Assembly: GCF_001194135.2 (NCBI RefSeq)
Contig: NC_068983.1
Coordinates: forward strand, 6,582,429-6,617,236
Source of the DNA: Octopus bimaculoides
Lineage: Eukaryota
DNA: 34,808 nucleotides
Reading direction: 5' to 3'
The position numbers and the translations under genes are program-made. A model generated the notes under the pieces. That model was not told the origin of the DNA. It saw nothing but the letters and a program-made list of their open reading frames with translations, and ran no database searches. Positions 10,161-21,794 of this stretch are shown here, piece after piece. How positions within the stretch are numbered: the stretch's first letter is position 1; each line of letters opens with the position of its first letter.

Positions 10161-11354
10161 CATACACATACATGAGTAATGTTGTACATGTATACCCTGA
10201 ATACCCGCGAGCATAAACTCAATACCTGCACGCTCATAGTGATGTGTATATGACATGAGATATAAGAGACGAGAAGAGAGGTGTGAATCTTGGCCAAATG
10301 CTATATGCGTGTGTATGAGTGTCAACACACACGCAAGCATAAGTATGTATGACAGAGAGAGGTGGGGAGACAATGAGGAAAAGAAGGAGAAAAGTGGAAC
10401 AAATATGAACGTACCGAAATGGTGTGAAAGACCTACTGACGCCATACGTGTATGTATATATATGATCTAACGGAGGACAGGACGGTGCCAGATTATTTAC
10501 GCATGCCTGATTCTGTGTCAAACGGTACAGCTCGGCACAGCTCGTTGTCTGTTTGTCTGTTTGTCTGTCGGTTGTTGTTGTTGCTTTTGTTTTCTGATTT
10601 TATAATTAGATGTTATTATTTTATAAATTTCAACCATTGGACTCCTGCATCGCGGAGACCATCTTTAAAAAGGGGGTTTATGCATGCATATATNNNNNNN
10701 NNNNNNNNNNNNNNNNNNNNNNNNNNNNNNNNNNNNNNNNNNNNNNNNNNNNNNNNNNNNNNNNNNNNNNNNNNNNNNNNNNNNNNNNNNNNNNNNNNNN
10801 NNNNNNNNNNNNNNNNNNNNNNNNNNNNNNNNNNNNNNNNNNNNNNNNNNNNNNNNNNNNNNNNNNNNNNNNNNNNNNNNNNNNNNNNNNNNNNNNNNNN
10901 NNNNNNNNNNNNNNNNNNNNNNNNNNNNNNNNNNNNNNNNNNNNNNNNNNNNNNNNNNNNNNNNNNNNNNNNNNNNNNNNNNNNNNNNNNNNNNNNNNNN
11001 NNNNNNNNNNNNNNNNNNNNNNNNNNNNNNNNNNNNNNNNNNNNNNNNNNNNNNNNNNNNNNNNNNNNNNNNNNNNNNNNNNNNNNNNNNNNNNNNNNNN
11101 NNNNNNNNNNNNNNNNNNNNNNNNNNNNNNNNNNNNNNNNNNNNNNNNNNNNNNNNNNNNNNNNNNNNNNNNNNNNNNNNNNNNNNNNNNNNNNNNNNNN
11201 NNNNNNNNNNNNNNNNNNNNNNNNNNNNNNNNNNNNNNNNNNNNNNNNNNNNNNNNNNNNNNNNNNNNNNNNNNNNNNNNNNNNNNNNNNNNNNNNNNNN
11301 NNNNNNNNNNNNNNNNNNNNNNNNNNNNNNNNNNNNNNNNNNNNNNNNNNNNNN

Positions 11355-11490
11355 AACATCAGTGGCGTCGAGAGGGGAGACCGGAACGCATGGGCGACTG
11401 CTGCTCTTCCATAAACAACCTCACCCGGACTTGCGCCTTGGAGGGGAACCTTCTTGGCGCAAGACCATGGTCAGTCATAACCGAAGGAGA
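11355..11490 (+). mobile_element. SINE 3' tail module E (rest in gap)
   Basis: AACATCAGTGGCGTCGAGAGGGGAG...CATGGTCAGTCATAACCGAAGG matches the reverse complement of 19220-19360. Confidence 0.8.
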
Positions 11491-11763
11491 TCTATATATA
11501 TATACATGTATATGTATATATATATATATATATATAAAGTACTTCATATATCCGAAAAAGAAGCACATTTTAAAGCATTAGAGCAATAATGTATTGTTTA
11601 GAAAATTAAAAAAGTTCTGGCCGGTCTTAGAATGCCCACTGGATTCACACCTATGAAGCGCTTAACAGTATAAGTGGCTCGTATACTGCTCAGCGTTTTA
11701 TAGGAGAAAAACCAATGGTCGCTCTATGAACGGCCAGAAGTTTTAACTTGATATATAATCACA

Positions 11764-11803
11764 ATTGTCCGACGAACGGTAACGCGAAACTCTGAGTAAC
11801 ACT
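11764..11803 (+). ncRNA. Decayed minimal hammerhead motif in a Penelope-LTR-like repeat
   Basis: ATTGT-CCGACGA-A-CG(GTAA)CG-C-GAAA-CTCTGAGT-A-ACACT. U4->C and G10.1->A substitutions; palindromic stem III. Nearby 11705-11735 resembles 9959-9995. Confidence 0.5.
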
Positions 11804-11939
11804 ATGTGAAGATATTTATTTCGGCTTTGAAAAATAGCATATTACTCTATCTTTGGTATTCGAGTACTATTTTTACCATCTTGTTTTAGTTTTTATGTGC
11901 TTACCTGCGCGCGTGTGCGTATATCTATAGTCTATTATA

Positions 11940-12374
11940 TTCTTTTCTACACTTGGCACAAAGCCCGAAATATTTTCAGTGAGGAGTCCAGTCGATTAGA
12001 TCGACTCCAGTACGCTACTGGCACTTAGTTTATCGACCCCGAAAGGATGAAAGGCAAAGTCGACCTCGGTGGAATTTGAACTCAGAACGTAAAGACAGAC
12101 GAAATACCGCTAAGCATTTCGTCCAACGTGCTAACGTTTATTATTTCTTTATTGCCCACAGGGGGCCAAACATAGAGGGAACAAACAAGGACAGACAAGG
12201 AGATTAAATCGATTACATCGACTCCAGTGCGTAACTAGTACTTATTTAATCGACCCCGAAAGGATGAAAGGCTAAGCCGACCTCGGCGGAATTTGAACTC
12301 AGAATGTAAAGACAGACGAAATACAGCTAAGCATTCCGCCCGTCGCGCTAACGTTTCTGCCAGCTCACCGCCTT
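11940..12374 (-). mobile_element. Two tandem SINE B copies with different 3' tails
   Basis: 11940-12139 has the GGCTTTGTGCC tail; 12140-12374 has the alternative tail TTGTCTGTCCTTGTTTGTTCCCTCTATG. Confidence 0.85.
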
Positions 12375-13261
12375 AGTAAAGTCGATTATATTGACCTCAG
12401 TACATTGTCCGTATTTTGTCTCTTAGAGTGACCTCGCAGGACAATATTTCAATGTCGGTCTCGTCATAAAACGAGGTAGCCAAATTATTTATATAGCCCA
12501 GATAAATACGCACACGGTCACAAAATATTGTGGCCTTGTGCCCCAAATAGTTATTGCTCACGCTGTCTCTTATAGTTGGTGTATTAAAAAACTGATGAAT
12601 AGCTGGCTGACTACCCCTCGTTCAGTATTTCTTACATCAGGCGATCTGCCAGCTAAGAAATATANNNNNNNNNNNNNNNNNNNNNNNNNNNNNNNNNNNN
12701 NNNNNNNNNNNNNNNNNNNNNNNNNNNNNNNNNNNNNNNNNNNNNNNNNNNNNNNNNNNNNNNNNNNNNNNNNNNNNNNNNNNNNNNNNNNNNNNNNNNN
12801 NNNNNNNNNNNNNNNNNNNNNNNNNNNNNNNNNNNNNNNNNNNNNNNNNNNNNNNNNNNNNNNNNNNNNNNNNNNNNNNNNNNNNNNNNNNNNNNNNNNN
12901 NNNNNNNNNNNNNNNNNNNNNNNNNNNNNNNNNNNNNNNNNNNNNNNNNNNNNNNNNNNNNNNNNNNNNNNNNNNNNNNNNNNNNNNNNNNNNNNNNNNN
13001 NNNNNNNNNNNNNNNNNNNNNNNNNNNNNNNNNNNNNNNNNNNNNNNNNNNNNNNNNNNNNNNNNNNNNNNNNNNNNNNNNNNNNNNNNNNNNNNNNNNN
13101 NNNNNNNNNNNNNNNNNNNNNNNNNNNNNNNNNNNNNNNNNNNNNNNNNNNNNNNNNNNNNNNNNNTATATGAAATAATTAGCAATTCTGGTGAATCGCA
13201 TATAATTTAGCAATATCTAATAATACATATAAACTTATATATATATTTTTGTGGAGTTGTA

Positions 13262-13470
13262 GAGGTGTATGACTTCGTAGTCAGTGTTGGATTCATGATC
13301 ATAAGGTTGTGGTTTCCATTTCTAGACCGGGCGTTTTGTTCTTGAGCAAAACACTTCATTTCACGTTACTGCAGTCCACTCAGCTGGTAAAAATGAGTGA
13401 TCCCACGAAAGACCGGCGTGCTGTCTAGGGAAACCGGAAAACTAGCCTTATGCTCCTAACGGAGTAACGA
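13262..13470 (+). mobile_element. SINE family C, diverged
   Basis: GACCGGGCG..GTTCTTGAGCAAAACACTTCATTTCACGTTACTGCAGTCCACTCAGCTGG..AAATGAG CORE-like block, tail GGAAACCGGAAAACTAGCCTTATG. Confidence 0.75.
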
Positions 13471-14013
13471 GGACCGACCCCGCCATTTCATATATATTCT
13501 AATTCAACCTTATTCTTAAATTGAGTCTACCCTTCTTCTCCCATGTAATCAGATCACACTCAACAATGCTTCTAAACACTTATTATTCCATCGTTAATTC
13601 AGTATTTAGATAACTTGCCTTTAAATCCGTATTACATAACCATAGCTAAATATTATAATTGAGGGGAGCAGCCTAATTATGTGAGGATAGTCTCAATTTC
13701 TGTCTGAGTAACGCACTGGAAACAATATATAAACATAAAGAGCCAGCTTACATTTTAATATAATATTTACAAATACAGTTCTAGGTTTCTTATTTACTGG
13801 CACTTTGTATTAGTTCTAATTTTAGCCGGCAACTTTTCATTATTTTTTATTCAACCATGGAATATTAACTCCGATATAATACTCGAACAATCAGGAAACC
13901 AGTCACCGCCTTTTCTTATAATATTAAAATTATATACCGTACAGAATATTTCTATTTTAATAATAGCTGATGAAAATATTGGTTGATTGGTTGGTTAATT
14001 TCTCCAGTCACGC

Positions 14014-14066
<53 letters not shown>

Positions 14067-14523
14067 GTATATACATGCATACACACGCGCACGCTGTATG
14101 ACGCAGTGAATTCTAACGATCTGAAAATAAGGCATACGACCACACTATGCTCAATAAACGTGTATGATCTTTAAACTTGCGATATTTGTCTACAGAATAA
14201 ATATATAAAACATAGTTAAACGACTCAGAATAGTCACATCAAATAATTATACATGACAACAGCTATTTAGCTTTGAGACATATCATCTTTCTGCAAACCG
14301 AACTGAAGACATGATTCGTCTGTCAGCTTCAACAAACAAGACTGTTGTAATCACACAGTTCTGTCTCCAAACACACATACACACACCGTCGTCTGCGTGG
14401 TTGTGTGTGTATCCGGTTGGGTGTTTTGTTTCTGAACTGACTAAACTTGTAACATTGGAGTCACAGCTTTGATACAAAGCAAGTGAGCGATTTATTATAT
14501 GATTATGACGACCACGTCGTTGG

Positions 14524-14554
<31 letters not shown>

Positions 14555-14569
14555 ATAGATATTCATTGT

Positions 14570-15090
14570 AAGAGTAAAGTGGTATGAACACGAACCAGAA
14601 CCCGTGATAGAAAATAATAATTATACGACATTCCCATAAAATTTTTATCCGACTTTCCCATAAAATTTTTATGCGACTTTCCCATAAAAAACTGATCAAA
14701 TTATTGAAACAAGAAGACCAGATATGGTTATGGAGGACATAGACAAACAGATCGTGTAAGATCATAGACTTTGCAATACCAAAAATAACTGAGAAAATCT
14801 TTAAATATCATTGACCTACCCAGAGATACGAAGAGATCGTGGAAGACTAAGACGACAACTATTCTTGAGGTAATTGGTGCATTGGCACAAATCACCAAAG
14901 ACTACCTAAAAGACCGAAGGATATTGGAATTTAGACTTCTATTGCCCATTTGCAGAAAAGTGCAATCTTGTGTTTTGCAAAAATTCTAAAAAGTTTCTTG
15001 ATATTTGAGGAGACTCGTTGTCACAAATCCCCAAGACAATATCTGGCGCTTACTAATAAAATATGTAGTTGTCAATAATAATAATAATAA
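14570..15090 (+). mobile_element. 3' fragment of R4/Dong-type non-LTR retrotransposon (restriction-like endonuclease domain), frameshifted
   Basis: Manual translation across shifts gives KWYEHEPEPVIENN..ILCDFPIKTDQIIETRRPDMV..CKIIDFAIP..KY.DL..EIRR.W..VIGAL..LQKSAIL..AKILKKFLDI*, then a short 3' UTR and (AAT)n tail. These are RLE motifs typical of R4/Dong. Confidence 0.8.
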
Positions 15091-15104
15091 TTTCAATTAT
15101 ATGC

Positions 15105-15366
15105 CATAAGGGCGAAGGATGAGAGGGGACATTGGCTCAAAACTACCCAGTTTGTAGGAGGGATTAAGTCGATTACATTGACCCCAATGTTCAACTGGCA
15201 CTTATTTTATCGACCCTGAAAGGATGAAAGGCAAAGTCGACCTCGGCGGAATTTTGAACTCAGAACGTAAACACGGACGAAATGCAGCTAAGCATTTCGC
15301 CCGGCGTGTTAACGATTCAGCCAATTGCTGTCTCAATAATAACAATGAACATGAACATCAAACAGC

Positions 15367-15397
<31 letters not shown>

Positions 15398-15748
15398 CCT
15401 TTCTACTAAAGGCACAAAACCGGGAATATTTGGGATTGGTTAGTCAATTATATTGACCCCAGTTCTCGACTGGTTCTTATTTTATGAACCCCAAAAGGAT
15501 AAAAGGCAAATCGACCTCGGCGGGATTTGATCTCAGAACGTTAAGCCGGACGAAATGCTGCTAAGTTCTCCGCCATAACTTACTACCTTAATAATGGTTT
15601 CAAATTTTGTCACAAGGGCAGAAATTTCGGGGGAAGGGATGAGTTGATTGCATCGACCCCAGTATTCAACTGGTACTCATTTTATGGACTCCCGAAGGCA
15701 AAGTTGACCTCGGTGGAATTTGAACTCAGAACGTAGCGACGAACGAAA
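15105..15748 (-). mobile_element. Cluster of three SINE B copies
   Basis: Copies at about 15105-15326, 15397-15580 and 15595-15748, each with the GGCAAAGTCGACCTCGGCGGAATTTGAACTCAGAACGT block. Confidence 0.85.
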
Positions 15749-16045
15749 TTATTTATTTATTTATGCGCCCTTTTAAAACATAGCCAGGCTCATGGGCCCA
15801 GTTTCCCGGTTTCTATGGCGTATGCGTTCCCCCAGCTGGACAGGACGCCAGTCCATCGTAGCTTTACTCAAGAAACAAGAAGAAAGAGTGAGAGAAAGTT
15901 GGGGCGAAGGAATACAACAGGGGTCACCACCACCCCCTGCCGGAGCCTCGTGGAACATTTAGGTGTTTTCGCTCAGTAAACACACACAACGCCCGGTTTG
16001 GGAATCGAAACCACGATCCTCCGACCACGAGTTCGCTGCCCTAAC
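15745..16045 (-). mobile_element. SINE with family D head/body and family C (V-like) tail
   Basis: Head and body match 6180-6360; 3' part is CTACGATGGACTGGCGTCCTGTCCAG..TACGCCATAGAAACCGGGAAAC with a (TAAA)n tail. Confidence 0.8.
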
Positions 16046-16837
16046 NNNNNNNNNNNNNNNNNNNNNNNNNNNNNNNNNNNNNNNNNNNNNNNNNNNNNNN
16101 NNNNNNNNNNNNNNNNNNNNNNNNNNNNNNNNNNNNNNNNNNNNNNNNNNNNNNNNNNNNNNNNNNNNNNNNNNNNNNNNNNNNNNNNNNNNNNNNNNNN
16201 NNNNNNNNNNNNNNNNNNNNNNNNNNNNNNNNNNNNNNNNNNNNNNNNNNNNNNNNNNNNNNNNNNNNNNNNNNNNNNNNNNNNNNNNNNNNNNNNNNNN
16301 NNNNNNNNNNNNNNNNNNNNNNNNNNNNNNNNNNNNNNNNNNNNNNNNNNNNNNNNNNNNNNNNNNNNNNNNNNNNNNNNNNNNNNNNNNNNNNNNNNNN
16401 NNNNNNNNNNNNNNNNNNNNNNNNNNNNNNNNNNNNNNNNNNNNNNNNNNNNNNNNNNNNNNNNNNNNNNNNNNNNNNNNNNNNNNNNNNNNNNNNNNNN
16501 NNNNNNNNNNNNNNNNNNNNNNNNNNNNNNNNNNNNNNNNNNNNNNNNNNNNNNNNNNNNNNNNNNNNNNNNNNNNNNNNNNNNNNNNNNNNNNNNNNNN
16601 NNNNNNNNNNNNNNNNNNNNNNNNNNNNNNNNNNNNNNNNNNNNNNNNNNNNNNNNNNNNNNNNNNNNNNNNNNNNNNNNNNNNNNNNNNNNNNNNNNNN
16701 NNNNNNNNNNNNNNNNNNNNNNNNNNNNNNNNNNNNNNNNNNNNNNNNNNNNNNNNNNNNNNNNNNNNNNNNNNNNNNNNNNNNNNNNNNNNNNNNNNNN
16801 NNNNNNNNNNNNNNNNNNNNNNNATAACAGGAAGAAG

Positions 16838-16868
<31 letters not shown>

Positions 16869-17484
16869 AAGGGTGGTAAGGGTAGTAATGGTAATGACTA
16901 GGACGACATCGTTAGTGAGGATGATGATAATGATGATGATGATGCGTGTGTAAGTTTTGTTTTCTTCTTTTCTCATTTACTACAAGTAGAATATTGAACG
17001 CATCGTAAATGGATAAACAAATCAAATAACAATTAAAAGGAACAAAAAACATAAAATGGAGAACAAAAACCACCATGTAAATTGTATGAATTAATTGACA
17101 GAGCGCGAAAATTTGGCAGTTGAAATATACAAAGAGTTGCGAAGCTTATCGGTCGCCATATTGAAAGTGGTTTTTGACAACCTGTAAAGCGTAACTAACA
17201 AGTTGGCAAGAGACAGGCGGGTGGAATGTTTTGTTAGCTTTTTACTCGTAAATTAGACTATTTAATTTGTTGATTTATCACAGCAGACACACAGGCACAC
17301 AGGTTTTATAAATTCATAAATTCACATTCTCACACTTGATCGTTGAGAGATAAAATGATTATGATTATAGACGTAGGCTTTTGTAGTGAACACACACTAC
17401 ACTACACTACACTACACTACGCAACGCAACACACATATCTATATATGTGCGCACGTATGTGTGTGTATATATGTGTGTGTATAT

Positions 17485-17560
17485 ATACTCTTTTACTCTT
17501 TTACTTGTTTCAGTCTTTTGACTGTGGCCATGCTGGAGCACCGCCTTTTAAATGAGCGTT
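17485..17560 (-). mobile_element. SINE family A, 3' tail fragment
   Basis: TACTCTTTTACTCTTTTACTTGTTTCAGTC..GGCCATGCTGGAGCACCGCC. Confidence 0.8.
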
Positions 17561-17592
17561 CCCATGCCGGAGCACCACCTTTTAAATGAGCG

Positions 17593-17646
17593 TTCCCATG
17601 CCGGGAATCGAACCCGGGCCGCCTGGGTGAAAGCCAGGAATCCTAA
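17593..17646 (-). pseudogene. 5'-truncated tRNA-Glu(TTC) pseudogene
   Basis: Minus strand TTAGGATTCCTGGCTTTCACCCAGGCGGCCCGGGTTCGATTCCCGGCATGGGAA: anticodon stem CCTGG/CCAGG with TTC, T arm and 3' acceptor strand. The 5' ~18 nt are replaced by (TA)n; no encoded CCA. Confidence 0.85.
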
Positions 17647-18049
17647 TATATATATTATATATATATAGTAGAATTTAAAAAATAGAAAGTCCTTGCTACG
17701 TATAATATATTTGGAAAATGGATATAGCTTTTCAGATGATTTTTCCACTTTGATAATTAAATGTTAAGTTTAANNNNNNNNNNGTGTGTACACATATATA
17801 TATATATATATATATATTCAAAGGAATTCCAACTTTGATTTTCACGTTTTATTTACAATCTTATAATAATATAATACAATATAATGAAATGATAGAATAT
17901 TAGATGTCCATTCTGATTGAACTAGTACTTTTATGCTTTAAGCTATGCAATTACTTAAGTTGATTGGTGTTTGCTTTAGGCGTCACGGTTTGTTGAACAT
18001 GTCAAGAGACCTGTATTTTGACCCTGGCCGTAGCAGTAATCGTTTGGCT

Positions 18050-18450
18050 ATTTTTAGAAATGTTGTAAAGGAGAATATCCAAAAATTCTATCGTAAGTTA
18101 CGACTGGTAGAATTCTTCAATAATAAAAGTAATGAGATCGATGAATCCCTAGTAAAGAATAAATCAAATTTCACCCCACCAAAAGAAAGAAATAATTATC
18201 TTGACCAATACATCGATATCCTGTCTAAATTTCCTCTTAGACGCAATACTAATGCTAGGCCAAATATTAACAAATCCGAGATGTCTGCACTTAAACGTAT
18301 ATAAAACGATTAACAATAGCTAAACAGGCCGAATACTACAAGGATTTGGTTGAGGACCAACTGAAGGGCACAACCTTCTATTGTGAAAGACCTTCAAATA
18401 TAGACCACTACATCATGAAGAAGATCAACAACCTGGTTTCAAAACACTAC
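18050..18450 (+). mobile_element. Penelope-like element RT N-terminal fragment, decayed
   Basis: FYRKLRLVEFF..KNKSNFTPPKERNNYLDQYI..NINKSEMSALK..TIAKQA|EYYKDLVEDQL..FY..KINNL is the typical PLE pre-RT region. It has stops, and the DKG-containing segment appears deleted. Confidence 0.75.
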
Positions 18451-18451
18451 A

Positions 18452-18530
18452 GCACAGCCACTTGCACGTTAATTTCACGAGCAAGCTGTTCCGTTGATCG
18501 TATCAGCTGGGACACTCGTCATCGTTACCA
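18452..18530 (+). mobile_element. SINE family D 3' fragment
   Basis: CAGCCACTTGCACGTTAATTTCACGAGCAAGCTGTTCCGTTGATCG matches 6512-6560. Confidence 0.8.
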
Positions 18531-18636
18531 ACGTAATGTCAGTTAGTAGTAGTAGTAGTAGTAAGTTAAAGATAAGAATCATAGCAAGAAGAACAACAAA
18601 ACAGCAGCTTCAGGAGGAGTTTAGATTCTATTCAGT

Positions 18637-18670
<34 letters not shown>

Positions 18671-18984
18671 GATATTTTGGTGCTATTTCCTGTTCCTGTA
18701 TTGCGAAAACAATATCTTTTGAATCAAGAGTTCATATCCGGGTTGTTAATCCAAGAAAGACAACTCTGGTCGTCAATGTTGCTGCCTCTTTCAAGCTTTC
18801 AAGGGATATATCCAAGAATGGTCTTTTACTGATATTTGTGCAACTTCTCTTCTGACGATGCGCATGTATGGATGGGTGTGTTTGCGTGTATGTATATGTT
18901 TACGTATGAATGTTTGTGTGTGCGCCTGTGTATGTGTGTAAACCAGCTCTCAGAGCCTCTCTACGTATCTTTTTCATCTTTTTT

Positions 18985-19536
18985 CGTTTACTAGTTTCAG
19001 GTATTAGATTGCGGTCATGTTGGAGCACTCCTTTAAAGAATTTTAGTCAAACAAATCGACCCCTAGCACTTGCTTAAACCTAGTATTTATTCTATCAGTC
19101 TCTTTTGTCGAACCGCTAATTACAGGGATATTAGGACACCAACACCAGTTGTCAAACAGTGGTGAAGGACAAACACAGAAACAAAAGTACACAGCCCTTC
19201 CCCCACCCCCACATGCTGAGACCCCCTTCAGTCATGACTGACCATGGGATTGCGCCTAGAAAGTTACCCTCCCAAGCACAAGTCCGGGCAAGGTTGTTTA
19301 TGGAAGACCAGCAGTCACCCATGCACACCAGACTCCCCTCTCCACGCCACTGATGTTATCCAAGGGAAAGGCAAAGCTTGGCACCTGTGACGTCGCAACT
19401 CATTTCTACAGCTGAGTGAACTGGAGCAACGTGAAATAAAGTGTCTTGCTCAAGAACACAACATGCAGCTCGGTCCGGGATTCGAACTCAACCTCACGAT
19501 CGTAAACTCGACGCTCTAACCACTAAGCCATGCGCC

Positions 19537-19578
<42 letters not shown>

Positions 19579-19750
19579 CATATAATACGACAGGCTTTTT
19601 TCAGTTTCCGTCTAGCAATTCCACTCACAAGGCTTCGTTCGGCCCCGGGCTATAGTAGAAGACACTTGCCCAAGGTACTACTCAGTGGAACTAAACCCGG
19701 AACCATGTTGTTGGAAAACACATTTCTTACTACACGGCAACGCCTGCGCT
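18985..19750 (-). mobile_element. SINE A split by a nested SINE C/E
   Basis: A 3' half at 18985-19185 and A 5' half at 19575-19750, with the insert inside A's CA microsatellite. Confidence 0.8.
19220..19540 (-). mobile_element. SINE with family C head, CORE-like block and tail E
   Basis: GGCGCATGGCTTAGTGGTTAGAGCG..GAGTTCGAATCCC, TTGAGCAAGACACTTTATTTCACGTTGCTCCAGTTCACTCAGCTGTAGAAATGAG, then tail E. Confidence 0.9.
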
Positions 19751-20264
19751 TCGAACTCCTATATATAGCAACCAAATCTCCCTCAAACACACAATGTCCT
19801 TTATATAAAATAAATGGAAATAACATATACAATGTAATCATATCCACAGAGAGAGAGAGATGGCTGCAGACAGAACGCTTTTGATAAAAAGTCAGCTTGG
19901 CCGAGCATAACTTATTTACAACATCCGCAACAAGAACAATTCGATGCCAACCAGTATCACTGGTTCCATATAAACAAGACTGAAAGAATATAAAGATTGT
20001 CAACAACGAAGACCGACAAGGCGACTGTCGGCGCTTGCATCTTGTCCACAGAAGACGCTGCTACAGAAGCTCCATAGCCGTTGGCTTGTAACTAAATATC
20101 TTAACGTATTTACATATTTCAATGTGAAATGTTGTCTCCCAGTGTCAGCTTGTAAGTTGTCCCGGTACTGACTGGTACCCTTCGCTTTTTTTATTTCTTC
20201 ATTTTGCATGTTATTTTCGAGTGTGCTTTATACACATGTATACACCTTTGCATGCATATACGTG

Positions 20265-20319
<55 letters not shown>

Positions 20320-20871
20320 NNNNNNNNNNNNNNNNNNNNNNNNNNNNNNNNNNNNNNNNNNNNNNNNNNNNNNNNNNNNNNNNNNNNNNNNNNNNNNNNN
20401 NNNNNNNNNNNNNNNNNNNNNNNNNNNNNNNNNNNNNNNNNNNNNNNNNNNNNNNNNNNNNNNNNNNNNNNNNNNNNNNNNNNNNNNNNNNNNNNNNNNN
20501 NNNNNNNNNNNNNNNNNNNNNNNNNNNNNNNNNNNNNNNNNNNNNNNNNNNNNNNNNNNNNNNNNNNNNNNNNNNNNNNNNNNNNNNNNNNNNNNNNNNN
20601 NNNNNNNNNNNNNNNNNNNNNNNNNNNNNNNNNNNNNNNNNNNNNNNNNNNNNNNNNNNNNNNNNNNNNNNNNNNNNNNNNNNNNNNNNNNNNNNNNNNN
20701 NNNNNNNNNNNNNNNNNNNNNNNNNNNNNNNNNNNNNNNNNNNNNNNNNNNNNNNNNNNNNNNNNNNNNNNNNNNNNNNNNNNNNNNNNNNNNNNNNNNN
20801 NNNNNNNNNNNNNNNNNNNNNNNNNNNNNNNNNNNNNNNNNNNNNNNNNNNNNNNNNNNNNNCTGAAACAA

Positions 20872-20923
20872 TTAACCCTAACCCTAACCCTAACCCTAGG
20901 GTTAGGGTTAGGGTTAGGGTTAA
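20872..20923. repeat. Perfect 52-bp palindrome of telomeric hexamers, (AACCCT)4-(AGGGTT)4
   Basis: TT(AACCCT)4|(AGGGTT)4AA, centre between 20897 and 20898. Confidence 0.95.
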
Positions 20924-21794
20924 AGCAAATTTAAAATGAAAAAAGCAAATAAAACGAAGAATCGTTTGTTTATGTAGTCGGCACTTAATGTATATCGGCT
21001 GAATGGACGTCAGTGATTGGTTGAAATTATCGAAATAACACAATTTTTTACATGAAATAAATTCGAATACAAAAATATTTTTCTGTTCTATAACACAAAA
21101 TAGATAAGTATACGAAGTTTGAAAGTCTTTCGGTACCAAAAGCACTACGTAAAACATTAATGAAAAATGTGGCCCCCGTTTTAAAAAAGATCCTATATAT
21201 ATATATATACGTATATTTTCATTGTAATCTAGATATTTGTCTTAAAGTTTTCCTGTTTTCTGCAATGTGTAAAGCTACAAAGACCTGTATTACTGATTGT
21301 TTTGTTTTGTATTTTATCTGACTCAAGGGCGGATAAACTCTCGCTGGCATACTCGTATGTACAAAGTATAGTCAATTTTCCAATTACAAAATTTATACAA
21401 TACTCGTAAGCGTCTTTGCGGCAGAGGTCGCGTTTGCACTACGACTTAAAACGGTTAGACTCGAACAGAAAATCGTCCGGTAATGGCCATTTGAATGGAA
21501 ATTTTGTTTTCACTATAAAACACATATTGCTCGGTTTGTCCCACCCCCTCGAGATCCAACTACACTCTAGCTGAAAAATATAGAATACCTCATAAGTAAT
21601 ATAAACGTCTTAAATTCAATGGCGGCGTTAATGAAGATGTTACGCGTTAGTTTATTGCGTTTAAACTTATCTTTATTAATGTGTCTCGAATTATATACAT
21701 AGATATACACAAGATTTACACAGATATAAGAGTTAGAACTTGTGATCCACCCACGGACCTTTTTCTTTGGAAATCTTTGCCGCCGCACTAAAAA

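Noticed and set aside
17110-17185. Minus-strand acceptor followed by AATATGGCG (MATDKLRNSL..)
   Set aside because: Short, no convincing donor and no homology; could be a YY1-like motif or chance.
20005-20035. Hairpin CCGACA/TGTCGG preceded by CGAAGA
   Set aside because: Lacks the GAAA and UH elements; not a ribozyme on either strand.
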